Virus record (IMG/VR): IMGVR_UViG_3300044646_001937
Location: 62,001 to 126,000 of that record
Reading direction: 5' to 3' (one strand)
DNA: 64,000 nucleotides
In this document: piece by piece, positions 46,829 through 56,327 of the stretch
Layout of the letters: each line of letters starts with the position of its first letter
Position numbering within the stretch: position 1 is the stretch's first letter
Notes under the pieces: model-generated
The model's database searches: none
Told to the model about the DNA's origin: nothing
The model's input: the letters and a program-made list of their open reading frames with translations, nothing else
Program-made: the position numbers and the translations under genes

Positions 46829-46931
46829 ATATATTTTCTATTTAGTTGTTTTTGTTTTAACAACAGAAAGCCATGACGCAACAGGAACAATTGTTCCCAG
46901 AGGATCGCGGATCTACTCCATTGCTAAAAGT

Positions 46932-46960
46932 ATTATTGCAGATCCTTTGGAGCTAGTCAA
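46932..46960 (-). promoter_or_regulatory. sigma70-like promoter
   Basis: TTGACT-17-AATAAT. Confidence 0.5.
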
Positions 46961-46963
46961 CAG

Positions 46964-47689
46964 CTATCTAAATCGTTCTTTTAAAGTGCCTAGATGCTTA
47001 GATCTATCATGAGCGTTTCTGCCTAGGATGTTGTAGCGGCGATAGTAATTTTTATTTGTGGTGAGCCTTTGAATGGGTGCCCTCCTAATCTTATGTTCAA
47101 GATACACCTCACCATTCCACACGTTTGCCTGTTTGTAGTAATTGTCGTCGTACAATACGTCCAGCAGAAAGCTTACTCTAGCTGCGTAAGCGCCGTCGTC
47201 AAAAGCGTATAAGTTTCTGTTAGCAAAATCACTGCTCTTTGTGTCTGTGACAGTGAAGTTATTATCAGCATATATAGGCTCTCTAGATACATTCAAATCT
47301 CTAGGAGTTGTTTCAAGGTTAAGCATGTCAAAGTCTTCATGCTTAATAAAGTCTACCAACTCTTGATCTATATCTTGAAGAGTCAGGCAATCGTCTTGCA
47401 GAAAAATTACATAGTCATAGTTGTTTTTAGCGATAAGCTCTAGAGATCTACGAAAAGATTCTGGGTATGAGATTTCCTGGTATCTTATAGTTTCCAGGTT
47501 TTTAATTTGCTCAAAATACCTGCCGCCTAACAGCTGAGCAATGTAGGGTTCTGAAGAATTGTGGAAAGCGTAAAAAGTAGAATCAAACTGATTCCTAAAA
47601 CTGATATCACTCAGGTCTTTATCTCGATATTCAAACAGCTCTGCTCTTTCGTCTGAATATGTTTGTGTAAACGAGCAAATCTTTCTCAT
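46964..47689 (-). CDS. GT-A-like hypothetical protein
   Basis: YDYVIFLQDD motif, compare YDYILKVEDD in 16986 ORF. Confidence 0.45.
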   Translation of the reverse strand: MRKICSFTQTYSDERAELFEYRDKDLSDISFRNQFDSTFYAFHNSSEPYIAQLLGGRYFEQIKNLETIRYQEISYPESFRRSLELIAKNNYDYVIFLQDDCLTLQDIDQELVDFIKHEDFDMLNLETTPRDLNVSREPIYADNNFTVTDTKSSDFANRNLYAFDDGAYAARVSFLLDVLYDDNYYKQANVWNGEVYLEHKIRRAPIQRLTTNKNYYRRYNILGRNAHDRSKHLGTLKERFR

Positions 47690-47691
47690 CG

Positions 47692-48348
47692 CTAGTCTGC
47701 TCCTACAAGAATACCATACAGCTTATCTATCTCATCACCGTTATAGAGCATTCTGTTAGCATTGTATATTTTCTCTCCCCACGCGGCTTTCATTGTCCCA
47801 TCTGATATTCCTAGATCTTTTAAAACTCCGTAAAGTTTTACCTGCGAGTTCTTGATCATGATGATAAAGATCTGTTTGTCTGGTAGAAACATAATTCTAG
47901 CAGACTGCCCAGTTCTGGCCTCTGGATTGATGTGCGACTCTGGAATACCGTCTTGCCTAATCCTAGAATAGATACCTGGCAGCAATCTCTGCTGATTTAC
48001 ATTCTCATATTCTGAGCCGTTGTATATCACAGTATTGTGATTAGTTACATAAGGTACATGCGCAATAGTCGTACTCTTTGTTTCTACAACTTTACCTGAC
48101 GGTTTGTGTATTAGCTCTACAGTACCCTTTAGAGGGACAGTAAGATCTTTTTTCTCTAGTACAGCTTTCTTTTGTTCTGATGTGGTAATCTTATGCTCTC
48201 CAATACTTAAGTTCTTTACATTAAGTTTGAAGTCTTGCGTTTCAATTGCATTTAGTTTTTTACCAAAAGCATCTACAGCTGTATTGAACAGCATCTTTCG
48301 CAAATTAAACGGGTCATATAAATTGCGTGTGTCTTTTGGTGGCTGCAT
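47692..48348 (-). CDS. RNA polymerase beta subunit, N-terminal fragment
   Basis: [30 protein letters not shown] ~ [41 protein letters not shown]. Confidence 0.8.
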   Translation of the reverse strand: [218 protein letters not shown]

Positions 48349-48351
48349 AGA

Positions 48352-49278
48352 TTACTCTTTCATCAATTTCTGAAGATACGCTTTGTTCTGCTCATCTTCA
48401 AGAAGTTTTGCCATCTCAGGATATTTAGATACAATCTCCAGTTCTTTTTCTTTTGATTGTGCGGCTTCCTGCTGCTTGCCTACCATAACTTTATCGATAA
48501 GCTTATTCGCCAATCTTGTTTTTGTAGCGTTACCAATAGCGTCAATCACTGCAGCCTTTTTTACGCTTCCATATTTAAGTGTGCTAGGAGATGACAAAGA
48601 ACCAACATTGCCATGATAGTCTAAAAGACCTGGAAGTCTTGACTGCCCTCCTATGTTGATGTTTATGTTTCCAGGACCTCCTTGCCCAAATGGTCTTTTT
48701 TTCCTTTTACCAAACAGCGCGTTAGCGCCCATGAGTGCAGCACCTATACCTAGAGCAGGCATAGCGTACTGACCGTACTCACCTAACTGGTTTTTAAAAA
48801 ACTCGTTTCCCTTATCCCAGCCTTGAGATACCAAATTCTGAATATATGGAAAATAACCGCCCGCAGCAGCAGCATTTGATCTAATATTTTTTAGAAAATC
48901 AGCACCTTGCTCTAAAGTGCTAGATAATGGCGCTTCTTGTGATTTTGGGTCATTAGTTTGTGGATTTAACTTTCTTGTGACCTCACCAGCGACATCTGTA
49001 GCTCCGCCGACTGTGTCTTTCACCATTCTTCCAGCAGCTCTAACACCTTTACCAAAATCAGTTCCATACAATCCTGCGGCACCTAGCGCTGCTGCGCCTG
49101 TTGCTTTTGGATAACTCTTTGCAACGCCCTTTATAGCGCTACCCATGTTACCTAAAGAATATTTTGTAAAATCTACAACGGGTCTAGCTAGCCTGCCGAT
49201 GCCCTGCCAATTGACGGCAGCATTTTTCTCAAACTCTTCTTGTATCCCGCGTTCTAGTTCAGTGATATCTAATTTCAT
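48352..49278 (-). CDS. K-x-A/glycine-zipper protein
   Basis: FEKNAA, VKKAA; GAAALGAAGL, ALGIGAALMG helices. Confidence 0.6.
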   Translation of the reverse strand: MKLDITELERGIQEEFEKNAAVNWQGIGRLARPVVDFTKYSLGNMGSAIKGVAKSYPKATGAAALGAAGLYGTDFGKGVRAAGRMVKDTVGGATDVAGEVTRKLNPQTNDPKSQEAPLSSTLEQGADFLKNIRSNAAAAGGYFPYIQNLVSQGWDKGNEFFKNQLGEYGQYAMPALGIGAALMGANALFGKRKKRPFGQGGPGNININIGGQSRLPGLLDYHGNVGSLSSPSTLKYGSVKKAAVIDAIGNATKTRLANKLIDKVMVGKQQEAAQSKEKELEIVSKYPEMAKLLEDEQNKAYLQKLMKE

Positions 49279-49279
49279 A

Positions 49280-50557
49280 TTATACGTAAGGTTGTAATTC
49301 TACTCTTGTTGGCATTTTTTCTTCCATATACTTGTCAGGATTTTCTCTCATCTCTTTTTTCAGCATATAGGTAAGATATGCTGAACCTGCTGCAGATCCT
49401 AGCAATCCTGTGGATGCTGCATCTAACGCATTGTTTATTGGGCTGGCTGCCATGAGCTTTTGTCCTATAGCTCCCAGTGACCTGCTTACTGAATCGTCAG
49501 AGATATCTACATCGTGAAGATTGTGGCGAGCAGTCTTATCAAATAATGCTGCGTGAGCTATACCATTGCAGAAGGCATCAATGCATGGAGTTTCAGCTTC
49601 CATATCTGAGGCTGTTTTGATTCTTGATAGTAAATCAATATAGTCTTTTTGTGCCTGCATAAGCTCTTGCTGTATTTGAGCTTTCTGCTGCATATAATAA
49701 TCTTTTTTAGCTTCTCTAAAACCTTCCTGTCCGCCGATTAGCATGCGTGCTGGATGTCTGCTTAGTGTATTGACTGCACGACCAATCATCCCCACATTTT
49801 CTTCAGCGTTTTTATCGCTAAGCATCATGTTCCTGAACCTTGCATCAGTGAGCATGTCTTCTCTGTTCTTACGATCATTCATCATGGTTTCGCGATCAGA
49901 GCGCTCTATAGCTTTGTCAATATCTCCGCCGACAAGTCCTCCTGCCAGAGCTCCTCCACCTGCAGCTAGTAATTTACCTACAACGCTTTTAGGAAGAGTG
50001 CCAAGCATTGCTCCTGCCGGAATGCCTAGGTATGAGCCTATGTTTCTTTTGATATGTCCTCCGACCCCACCCGATTCTTCAGGCTCAAACACATGCTCCC
50101 TGGATCCATCAAGGTGCTCAATTACGTTAGAGTGGCGTACACCTTTTCTTCCTGGTCCAGATTCCATCAAAGCGCCAGCCGCTGCTCCGGCTGCTGCTCC
50201 TGGCAACCCAGCAAATCCTCCTCCAGCTAATGCGCCAAGCAGCTTCAGTCTGTTTCTGTTTTCTCCTGTAGTTAATGAATAGCCTGGAGTGTAGCTGGTG
50301 GTCATCTCACCCTCGGGAGATTCAATTACAGAGTTTACTGCCTCTTGATATCTTGCAATTTTATGCTGAGGCATCAGCTCTTGAGGAATTGGAATTTTCA
50401 GCACATCAGAGGGATCTCCCTCAGGGTATGCCTTTCTTTTTTGCAAATCTTTTTCCCTAGCAAGCTGTAGTGCGCTAAAAAGACTTTTACCTAGCATTTT
50501 AGATGCTAGATAGCTTTCTTCGGGTGAGAGTGGAAGGTCTACTGCGCTTTTGTTCAT
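49280..50557 (-). CDS. K-x-A/glycine-zipper protein
   Basis: NKSA, HKIAR, IKTAS, DKTAR; several GxxxG helices. Confidence 0.6.
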   Translation of the reverse strand: MNKSAVDLPLSPEESYLASKMLGKSLFSALQLAREKDLQKRKAYPEGDPSDVLKIPIPQELMPQHKIARYQEAVNSVIESPEGEMTTSYTPGYSLTTGENRNRLKLLGALAGGGFAGLPGAAAGAAAGALMESGPGRKGVRHSNVIEHLDGSREHVFEPEESGGVGGHIKRNIGSYLGIPAGAMLGTLPKSVVGKLLAAGGGALAGGLVGGDIDKAIERSDRETMMNDRKNREDMLTDARFRNMMLSDKNAEENVGMIGRAVNTLSRHPARMLIGGQEGFREAKKDYYMQQKAQIQQELMQAQKDYIDLLSRIKTASDMEAETPCIDAFCNGIAHAALFDKTARHNLHDVDISDDSVSRSLGAIGQKLMAASPINNALDAASTGLLGSAAGSAYLTYMLKKEMRENPDKYMEEKMPTRVELQPYV

Positions 50558-50558
50558 A

Positions 50559-50936
50559 TTATTTAGCTGTTTCTTTTTTGCTTCCGTAGATGATAAACAC
50601 CCTGAAGCTTCCCTGAGTCGTCCATGTATCTTTCCATAGAGTTATCAGATATTTTTTGTTGTTCATAAGCTCATTCAGCATGTCCTGATCTTTTTGCTGT
50701 TCAGGATCTAGTATTATGTTTTTAAACACATAATCTGCCATCTCATCTTTTGATGCCCTCTTTTTGATTCCTTTAGCCTGCTCAAAAGCATCAATGATCT
50801 TTTCAGGATCAAATGCCTTATTGCTAACTTCGTTCTTAATGTTTCTTTTTGAAGAAGCAGAAAGATCAGACGAGCTAACACCAAAGTCAAAGTGTTCTGT
50901 GGCTTTGGTTTCTTTGTCTATGTTAATTAAGTCCAT
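50559..50936 (-). CDS. hypothetical protein
   Basis: 125 aa; KKRAS. Confidence 0.6.
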   Translation of the reverse strand: MDLINIDKETKATEHFDFGVSSSDLSASSKRNIKNEVSNKAFDPEKIIDAFEQAKGIKKRASKDEMADYVFKNIILDPEQQKDQDMLNELMNNKKYLITLWKDTWTTQGSFRVFIIYGSKKETAK

Positions 50937-51282
50937 GTTCTCTTTTAAGGTTTTCTGTTATGTGGCGCACAAGATTAATCTTTTCACGCTCGCGCGCAAG
51001 AGCATTGTTTACATCTTCTACGCTCTTGTCCATCTCATCCATAGATAATCCTGCCAGAGCTCCTCCAGTAAGCGAACCCTTCAAACCTGTTTCAACTGCG
51101 CCAGGAACCATATTTCCAAAATTTTTAAGCATGTCGGTAGTGATGAATGCTATCTTATGCACACCTTCTCCAGTATTGATGTTTTGTAATGCGCCTTCTA
51201 GCTCAATAAGCGAAGAACCTTTTTTGCTGAGTTCTTGCGCAAGCTGAGCTTTGATAGCTTTAGCATATTTAGTAAGTTCCAT
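50923..51282 (-). CDS. K-x-A/glycine-zipper small protein
   Basis: TKYAK, HKIAF, GSLTGGALAG. Confidence 0.6.
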   Translation of the reverse strand: MELTKYAKAIKAQLAQELSKKGSSLIELEGALQNINTGEGVHKIAFITTDMLKNFGNMVPGAVETGLKGSLTGGALAGLSMDEMDKSVEDVNNALAREREKINLVRHITENLKREHGLN

Positions 51283-51284
51283 AT

Positions 51285-51659
51285 TTAGTATTTTTTAACT
51301 GTAGAAATTCCAGTTTTGGGGTCGTAGTCTGTAAATTTTCTTTCTTGTAGTGTACTATACATTATATTGCCTAGACCAAACCCAGCCAAGCTCAATAATA
51401 ATCTACCTGGTCTGGAAATCTTTGAATAGGATGCAGCTGTATGTGCTATAGCTGCTCCAGCCGCACCTGCGAGCAACTGATCAAACGCCTCAGGAGAATT
51501 AAGCATATGCATGAGGCTTTTCTTTTTCTGGTCAGGCAACCCATGATCTTCTTTTATAAATTTAAAGATCTTTGAAGGGTGCTGCAATACATCGTCTCCA
51601 AACAGGTTTAACCCGTTTGCTACTGGTGTTGCTGCAGATGATAGTCCGAATATAGGCAT
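51285..51659 (-). CDS. small protein with glycine-zipper helices
   Basis: LAGAAGAAI, LSLAGFGLG. Confidence 0.6.
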   Translation of the reverse strand: MPIFGLSSAATPVANGLNLFGDDVLQHPSKIFKFIKEDHGLPDQKKKSLMHMLNSPEAFDQLLAGAAGAAIAHTAASYSKISRPGRLLLSLAGFGLGNIMYSTLQERKFTDYDPKTGISTVKKY

Positions 51660-51662
51660 AGA

Positions 51663-52562
51663 TTATTCTGTTCTAATAGCCCTGGCCGCTAGCGCTGGTA
51701 GAGACGCTGCACCTAGTGCAAGCGCCTCATCCCCTATCCGACTAGACAAAGGCTTGCGATTTCTTTCAATCTCTCTGTCTGGATTAATTGCATCCATCAG
51801 TTTGCTTGCTCCGTGAGTTCCAAGATAGGCGAGAATAGTGGTGTTTACAGGATTTTCACTAGCATAGTCTACAGCACCTGAGGCTAGATCTTGAGTGCCT
51901 TCTGTGAGACTTTTTAAATGACTAGCAAGATCGTTTGCATCCATGCCATGTCCAGTGCCTGTGTAAGGGTTATATGCAGCAGCTTTAAACTGATCTTTAG
52001 CTCCATCTAATAGAGCTGACGGATCAATCAGCATAGAATCTGTGGTAATTGGTGCTGGAGGTTCCTGGACAGTTTGCTGCTGAGATATTGGTGCAGCCTC
52101 TTGCGGTTGAGTTTTAGCCTGCATCATTTTCAGCTTCTGCATAAACTTTTTAGATGGACTATATCTCCAGTTCTGTCCTTGCTCATGCTGAAGCATAAAC
52201 GTAGGGTTTTCAGCTCCTGTAGCCAGTGTCATATAAATGTTGTCTGGACTTGCCCTGTGAATCTGCGCTGTACCCTTGTTGATCGCTCCCTCTTCAAAGT
52301 TGAGCATGTTGTCGTCTGCAAGCCTTGATATGGGTGTGTCTTCTGCAGGATACTCGCCAGGAAAGCCTCCAAAGCTATAGACAAGATTTCCATCAGACAG
52401 TCTTAGCCCATCTTTGGTTCTAACATATTTCCACTTAGCCTGGCTGCTGATGTTAGGAAGAATGTTTTCGTTAACAGGCATACTGTTTACGTCAAAAGAA
52501 GAAACCTTTTCTATCTCTTCTTTTATTCCAAGATAAAAAGCCGGTAGATCTAGAGCTATCAT
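51663..52562 (-). CDS. hypothetical protein, K-x-A group
   Basis: 299 aa; EKVSS, FKAAA. Confidence 0.6.
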   Translation of the reverse strand: MIALDLPAFYLGIKEEIEKVSSFDVNSMPVNENILPNISSQAKWKYVRTKDGLRLSDGNLVYSFGGFPGEYPAEDTPISRLADDNMLNFEEGAINKGTAQIHRASPDNIYMTLATGAENPTFMLQHEQGQNWRYSPSKKFMQKLKMMQAKTQPQEAAPISQQQTVQEPPAPITTDSMLIDPSALLDGAKDQFKAAAYNPYTGTGHGMDANDLASHLKSLTEGTQDLASGAVDYASENPVNTTILAYLGTHGASKLMDAINPDREIERNRKPLSSRIGDEALALGAASLPALAARAIRTE

Positions 52563-52564
52563 AA

Positions 52565-55045
52565 CTATTTAGCTGAAAGTACTGGGTTGGCTTTGTTGTG
52601 TGCAGCAGTCAAAGGATTACCAGCGTTGGCGCCTACACCGTAAGAATCTTTCCAGCTGTTCATAAGCTTAGGAAGAAAATGCTGTCCGGCTACTGCTCCA
52701 GCCATAGGAAGAAGTATAGATGAAATACCAGGACCATCATCGTCGTCATCGCTAAGGCCTCTGCTAATTGCAGAACCTAGGAGTGCTCCTCCTCCTGTAC
52801 CCAGCATAGAGTTAGACATGAATGGAACAATCCTATGTCTGTCGTTATTGAGCATATCATCAGACTCTTTGAGCATTCCTTCAATAAAAGCTTCGTTAGC
52901 TCCTTCTTTAACCAACTGCTCTCTGAAGCCTTCCCATGCTTTCAGATATGCTGCTATCTTTTCTGACTCTTCAAGCTCTTTTGCTTTTTTTGTTCTGCTC
53001 TCAAGAATTTTAGTCTCTGCTTGTTTATATAATTCGACCAAAGATTCGCTAAGCATTCCTCTTGCAAAAGCATCATCGACCCCTAGCTCTTCTGCCATTT
53101 TCTTAAAGCCACTCACGCTAAATTCAAGAATTGCGTCAAACTCTGCTGTTTTAGGAATTGCTGTTCCTCTGGATGCTTTTTCCTTTAGCCATGCATCTAC
53201 TGCTGCAGGAGATCCTCCTGCACTAATCATCTTGGCTCTTTCTCTTTCTTCTCCTGGCATTCTGCTGATAGATGCTTGAGCTTGAGCTGGTGTAATTGCT
53301 CCACTCCTAACTCCCTGGTTTAATACCTGAGCTCCCCTCTCATAGTGCGATGGTGTACGGGCTTTTTGTTGCGTACTGTCTTGTGGCTGTGAGTTTTCCT
53401 GGATGATTGTCTCGCTGGCAGCCTGTGTGGGAGGGTTAGTTTCTGTGGAAGCCTGGGGGTCAGCTGCGGCTGATGGTGATGTTTGCGCTGCAGGTGCGGC
53501 TGGTTGCTGCGCTTCTGGTTGTGCATTAATAACTGCACCTCTTGATGGCATGCCTGGTGATTTGGTGCCAATGGCACCGGCCCTAGAAGGCATCCTGCTT
53601 CCCCTGGATTGCGGTAGGGGCACATTTGAAATAATAGGCTGTCTACCATTATTTTGATACAGCTCATCTAGCTGCTGTGCATTGAGGGTGTGTGGTTGGG
53701 GCTGTTCTTCTGAGGACTGAGTGGCCTGTTGTGTTTGTGAGGGTTGTTGTGTTTGTGCGGGCTGCGTTCCAGGTTTTGCCTGAGCTGGCATGGCATTTAC
53801 CACACCCTGCGCGCCGGCTGCTACTCCTTGATTTGAGTCTGGCTGATTAAATCCTTTGTAAATATCTCTGACTGCATTAGCTCCTGTAAGCCCAGTTGCC
53901 AAGGGACTGGTAACCGGAGCAATTATTGGAAATACGCCACCTGCTCCGCTACTCAATCCGGCTAAGGTATCAATTCCTGCTCCAAGGTAATCATTGTCTT
54001 TGAATCTGTTGTATGCCGAGCCAAGGCTAAGACCTGACCCTACAAAAGGAATAGCTCTGGGGGCACTTTGAGCTAGAATTTTAGCTACAGCAGGCATTGC
54101 GGCTTGTCCTGTGGAAACTGCACCTTTTCCATAATTACCGTCAGAAAACTCATTCAATGCATTTAAACCTGCGGCTGCGCTACCCAAACCTGTAAGCACT
54201 TTTCCTGCAGTGCCGACACCCTTAGCTAGGTTGCTAGCGCCAGGAGCGGGTGATCCTCCTGCAGGTGGAACTCCGCCGCCGCCAGTGGGGGGAGTTGGTG
54301 GCGCTCCTCCGCCTCCTTGACCTGCCCTAGCGGCATTGAATTTGTTGACCACATTGTTGGCCATGTTCTTTGCTCCCTGCCAAGCATTGGTAGCCTTTTG
54401 CTTTACTCCACCCACAAAGTTGCCAGCTGCTGAAGTTGGTTGAGGTGCTGCTTGTGGGTTTGTTGGGTTAGCCTGTGGAAGACCAGCCCTGGCAGCAGGT
54501 GCTGCTTGTGCAGGAGACGACTCTATGTCGATGACCTGGTTGTTTAGCTTTGGACTATTAGTCTTTGCGCCTGCTGTTCCTTTTGAGGGTGAAATAACCT
54601 CGTCTGGAGTGAGCACCTTTGTGGCTTGAGCTTCTGTGGTGGTGTTGTGAAGCCTTGGACTGTTTGCTTGTGATGCTGAGGAAGAGCTTGCTGGGGGGAC
54701 TACGTTAGCATTCCTGGGTACAATAGCGTTGGGCTTTACCTTTGGAGCTCTTTTTGTGTTCTTTGGGGCACTCTTTCCTGCTCCTGGGGTTGTTGCGTTC
54801 TGAGGTGCTGGAGGAGTTTTTGGCTTCAGCTTGACCTCTTGAGGATACGACTGAGAGTTGTAGCCCTTCTGGAACTCTTGAGCTTTCTGTCTGATTCCTT
54901 GCATGAACTTTCCGAACTGATCCTGAGGAAGACCCATTGCCATCTTTGTTGCAGCCTCTTTGCTCATCCCCAGCCCTACTGCTTCGTCCACGAAGCCGTC
55001 GATCATGCTTTGAAAGATTTCTTTTTCCTGTAGGTTGCTGCTCAT
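52565..55045 (-). CDS. large low-complexity K-x-A protein with membrane-type helices (ejection-protein-like)
   Basis: 826 aa; KEAA, KMAM, KTAE, KMAE, KQAE, KIAA; IPFVG...DYLGAGID helical hairpin. Confidence 0.65.
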   Translation of the reverse strand: MSSNLQEKEIFQSMIDGFVDEAVGLGMSKEAATKMAMGLPQDQFGKFMQGIRQKAQEFQKGYNSQSYPQEVKLKPKTPPAPQNATTPGAGKSAPKNTKRAPKVKPNAIVPRNANVVPPASSSSASQANSPRLHNTTTEAQATKVLTPDEVISPSKGTAGAKTNSPKLNNQVIDIESSPAQAAPAARAGLPQANPTNPQAAPQPTSAAGNFVGGVKQKATNAWQGAKNMANNVVNKFNAARAGQGGGGAPPTPPTGGGGVPPAGGSPAPGASNLAKGVGTAGKVLTGLGSAAAGLNALNEFSDGNYGKGAVSTGQAAMPAVAKILAQSAPRAIPFVGSGLSLGSAYNRFKDNDYLGAGIDTLAGLSSGAGGVFPIIAPVTSPLATGLTGANAVRDIYKGFNQPDSNQGVAAGAQGVVNAMPAQAKPGTQPAQTQQPSQTQQATQSSEEQPQPHTLNAQQLDELYQNNGRQPIISNVPLPQSRGSRMPSRAGAIGTKSPGMPSRGAVINAQPEAQQPAAPAAQTSPSAAADPQASTETNPPTQAASETIIQENSQPQDSTQQKARTPSHYERGAQVLNQGVRSGAITPAQAQASISRMPGEERERAKMISAGGSPAAVDAWLKEKASRGTAIPKTAEFDAILEFSVSGFKKMAEELGVDDAFARGMLSESLVELYKQAETKILESRTKKAKELEESEKIAAYLKAWEGFREQLVKEGANEAFIEGMLKESDDMLNNDRHRIVPFMSNSMLGTGGGALLGSAISRGLSDDDDDGPGISSILLPMAGAVAGQHFLPKLMNSWKDSYGVGANAGNPLTAAHNKANPVLSAK

Positions 55046-56327
55046 ATGGTAAGATTCTAGAATCAGATTTAGATTTTTCTTGTTTTATTGTAGTAGATTC
55101 GCTCTCGTTTTGCAACAAACTATCCTCTTTCTTCTCTCTAGCCTTTTTTTTAGGTATCCTAGCACAGCCTACTCTGTTGACCTTTCCTAGAGCTGCTGTG
55201 TCCTTTTTGAACAGCCAGACCAGTTCTCTGTAGCATTCTTTGGTGTTGTGGTTGAGTTCTGGAATGTTGTCTTCTCTGATTTCTCTCATATAGGTCTCAG
55301 CAAGACTGTAGCAGTTGTGAAGATAGTTGATCATCTTGCTGATGTCTTTGTAGCTGGAAACTAGCTTGGGTACTTCCTTGTGGTCTACATTAGAAGTAAG
55401 GATGCTCATGTGCTTTCCAGGATTGTGCTTGTTGAAGTAGTCAGCACAGAGCTTTGCACGCTCAAAGAGACTTTCTCTGTTCTTTTCTTTTTCTAGAAAG
55501 AAGACCAGATGAGTATGAGGACGATATTTCTTGCATAGAATAGAGTCTACACTGATTTCGTTGCTGTAGATGTAGCTAGAGACGCACTTCTTCTTGTTGA
55601 GCATTCTAGAGAAGAAGCTAGCGTTAGACTTGAAGAAGAGCTGATAGTCTTTTTTCATAAGCTCAGCTGAAGAGTACTTTTTGTCTTCTTGTAGAATCAC
55701 AGCCTGAAAGCAGACCATAGTAGAGAAGAGAGATTCTACATCATAGTGGTTGTTGAACTTTCTGTAGGCTCTCAGGCAGGTTTTAGGATCTAGAGTACGA
55801 TTGTCTAGGCAATGCTTGCTATAGGATAGATCTACAGGATTTTTAAGATTAGTAAGAATGCTGTCCTTACCATTGCTTACTATGTTGGTAGTATCGCAAC
55901 CTAGGCTTAATAGCAGATGAGTTTCTAGATTTTTTCTTTTAAGACCAAACCTATTGCTGTTTCCAGTAGTATCACTCAGTACCAGCTTTCTAAAGACAAC
56001 CTTTTCATGATTAGAGAGCAAGTGCCAGTTCTCTACATAGTCATTAGGGTTAGTATAGTTGATAGAGTGTTTAGAGAGAACAGGCCTAGAGCTAGTCACA
56101 TATGAGGATAGTGAGGAGAAGTCATTACCAGAGCCTATGAAGCGGTCTATTGCTTCTCTAGAGGGAGGAGGTATGTTTCCGTGCTTATCCTCACAGTAGT
56201 AGTAGCTGTCTTTGTTCTCTTCACTAGCACTCATAGAGCAAGAGTGCCTTGTTTCAAAGCAATCCTCAGAGGGAGAGGATGATAAAGCTATGAATTCTTC
56301 GAAAGTAAGCCTTGAGGAGCGAGCCAT
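54705..56327 (-). CDS. HUH (Rep-like) endonuclease-like protein; true end probably near 55138
   Basis: EIS...YRPHTHLVF HUH motif; last 113 codons overlap the next gene and cover its promoter. Confidence 0.45.
   Translation of the reverse strand: MARSSRLTFEEFIALSSSPSEDCFETRHSCSMSASEENKDSYYYCEDKHGNIPPPSREAIDRFIGSGNDFSSLSSYVTSSRPVLSKHSINYTNPNDYVENWHLLSNHEKVVFRKLVLSDTTGNSNRFGLKRKNLETHLLLSLGCDTTNIVSNGKDSILTNLKNPVDLSYSKHCLDNRTLDPKTCLRAYRKFNNHYDVESLFSTMVCFQAVILQEDKKYSSAELMKKDYQLFFKSNASFFSRMLNKKKCVSSYIYSNEISVDSILCKKYRPHTHLVFFLEKEKNRESLFERAKLCADYFNKHNPGKHMSILTSNVDHKEVPKLVSSYKDISKMINYLHNCYSLAETYMREIREDNIPELNHNTKECYRELVWLFKKDTAALGKVNRVGCARIPKKKAREKKEDSLLQNESESTTIKQEKSKSDSRILPYEQQPTGKRNLSKHDRRLRGRSSRAGDEQRGCNKDGNGSSSGSVRKVHARNQTESSRVPEGLQLSVVSSRGQAEAKNSSSTSERNNPRSRKECPKEHKKSSKGKAQRYCTQEC
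55087..55115 (-). promoter_or_regulatory. sigma70-like promoter for the leftward operon
   Basis: TTGCAA-17-TACAAT. Confidence 0.7.
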
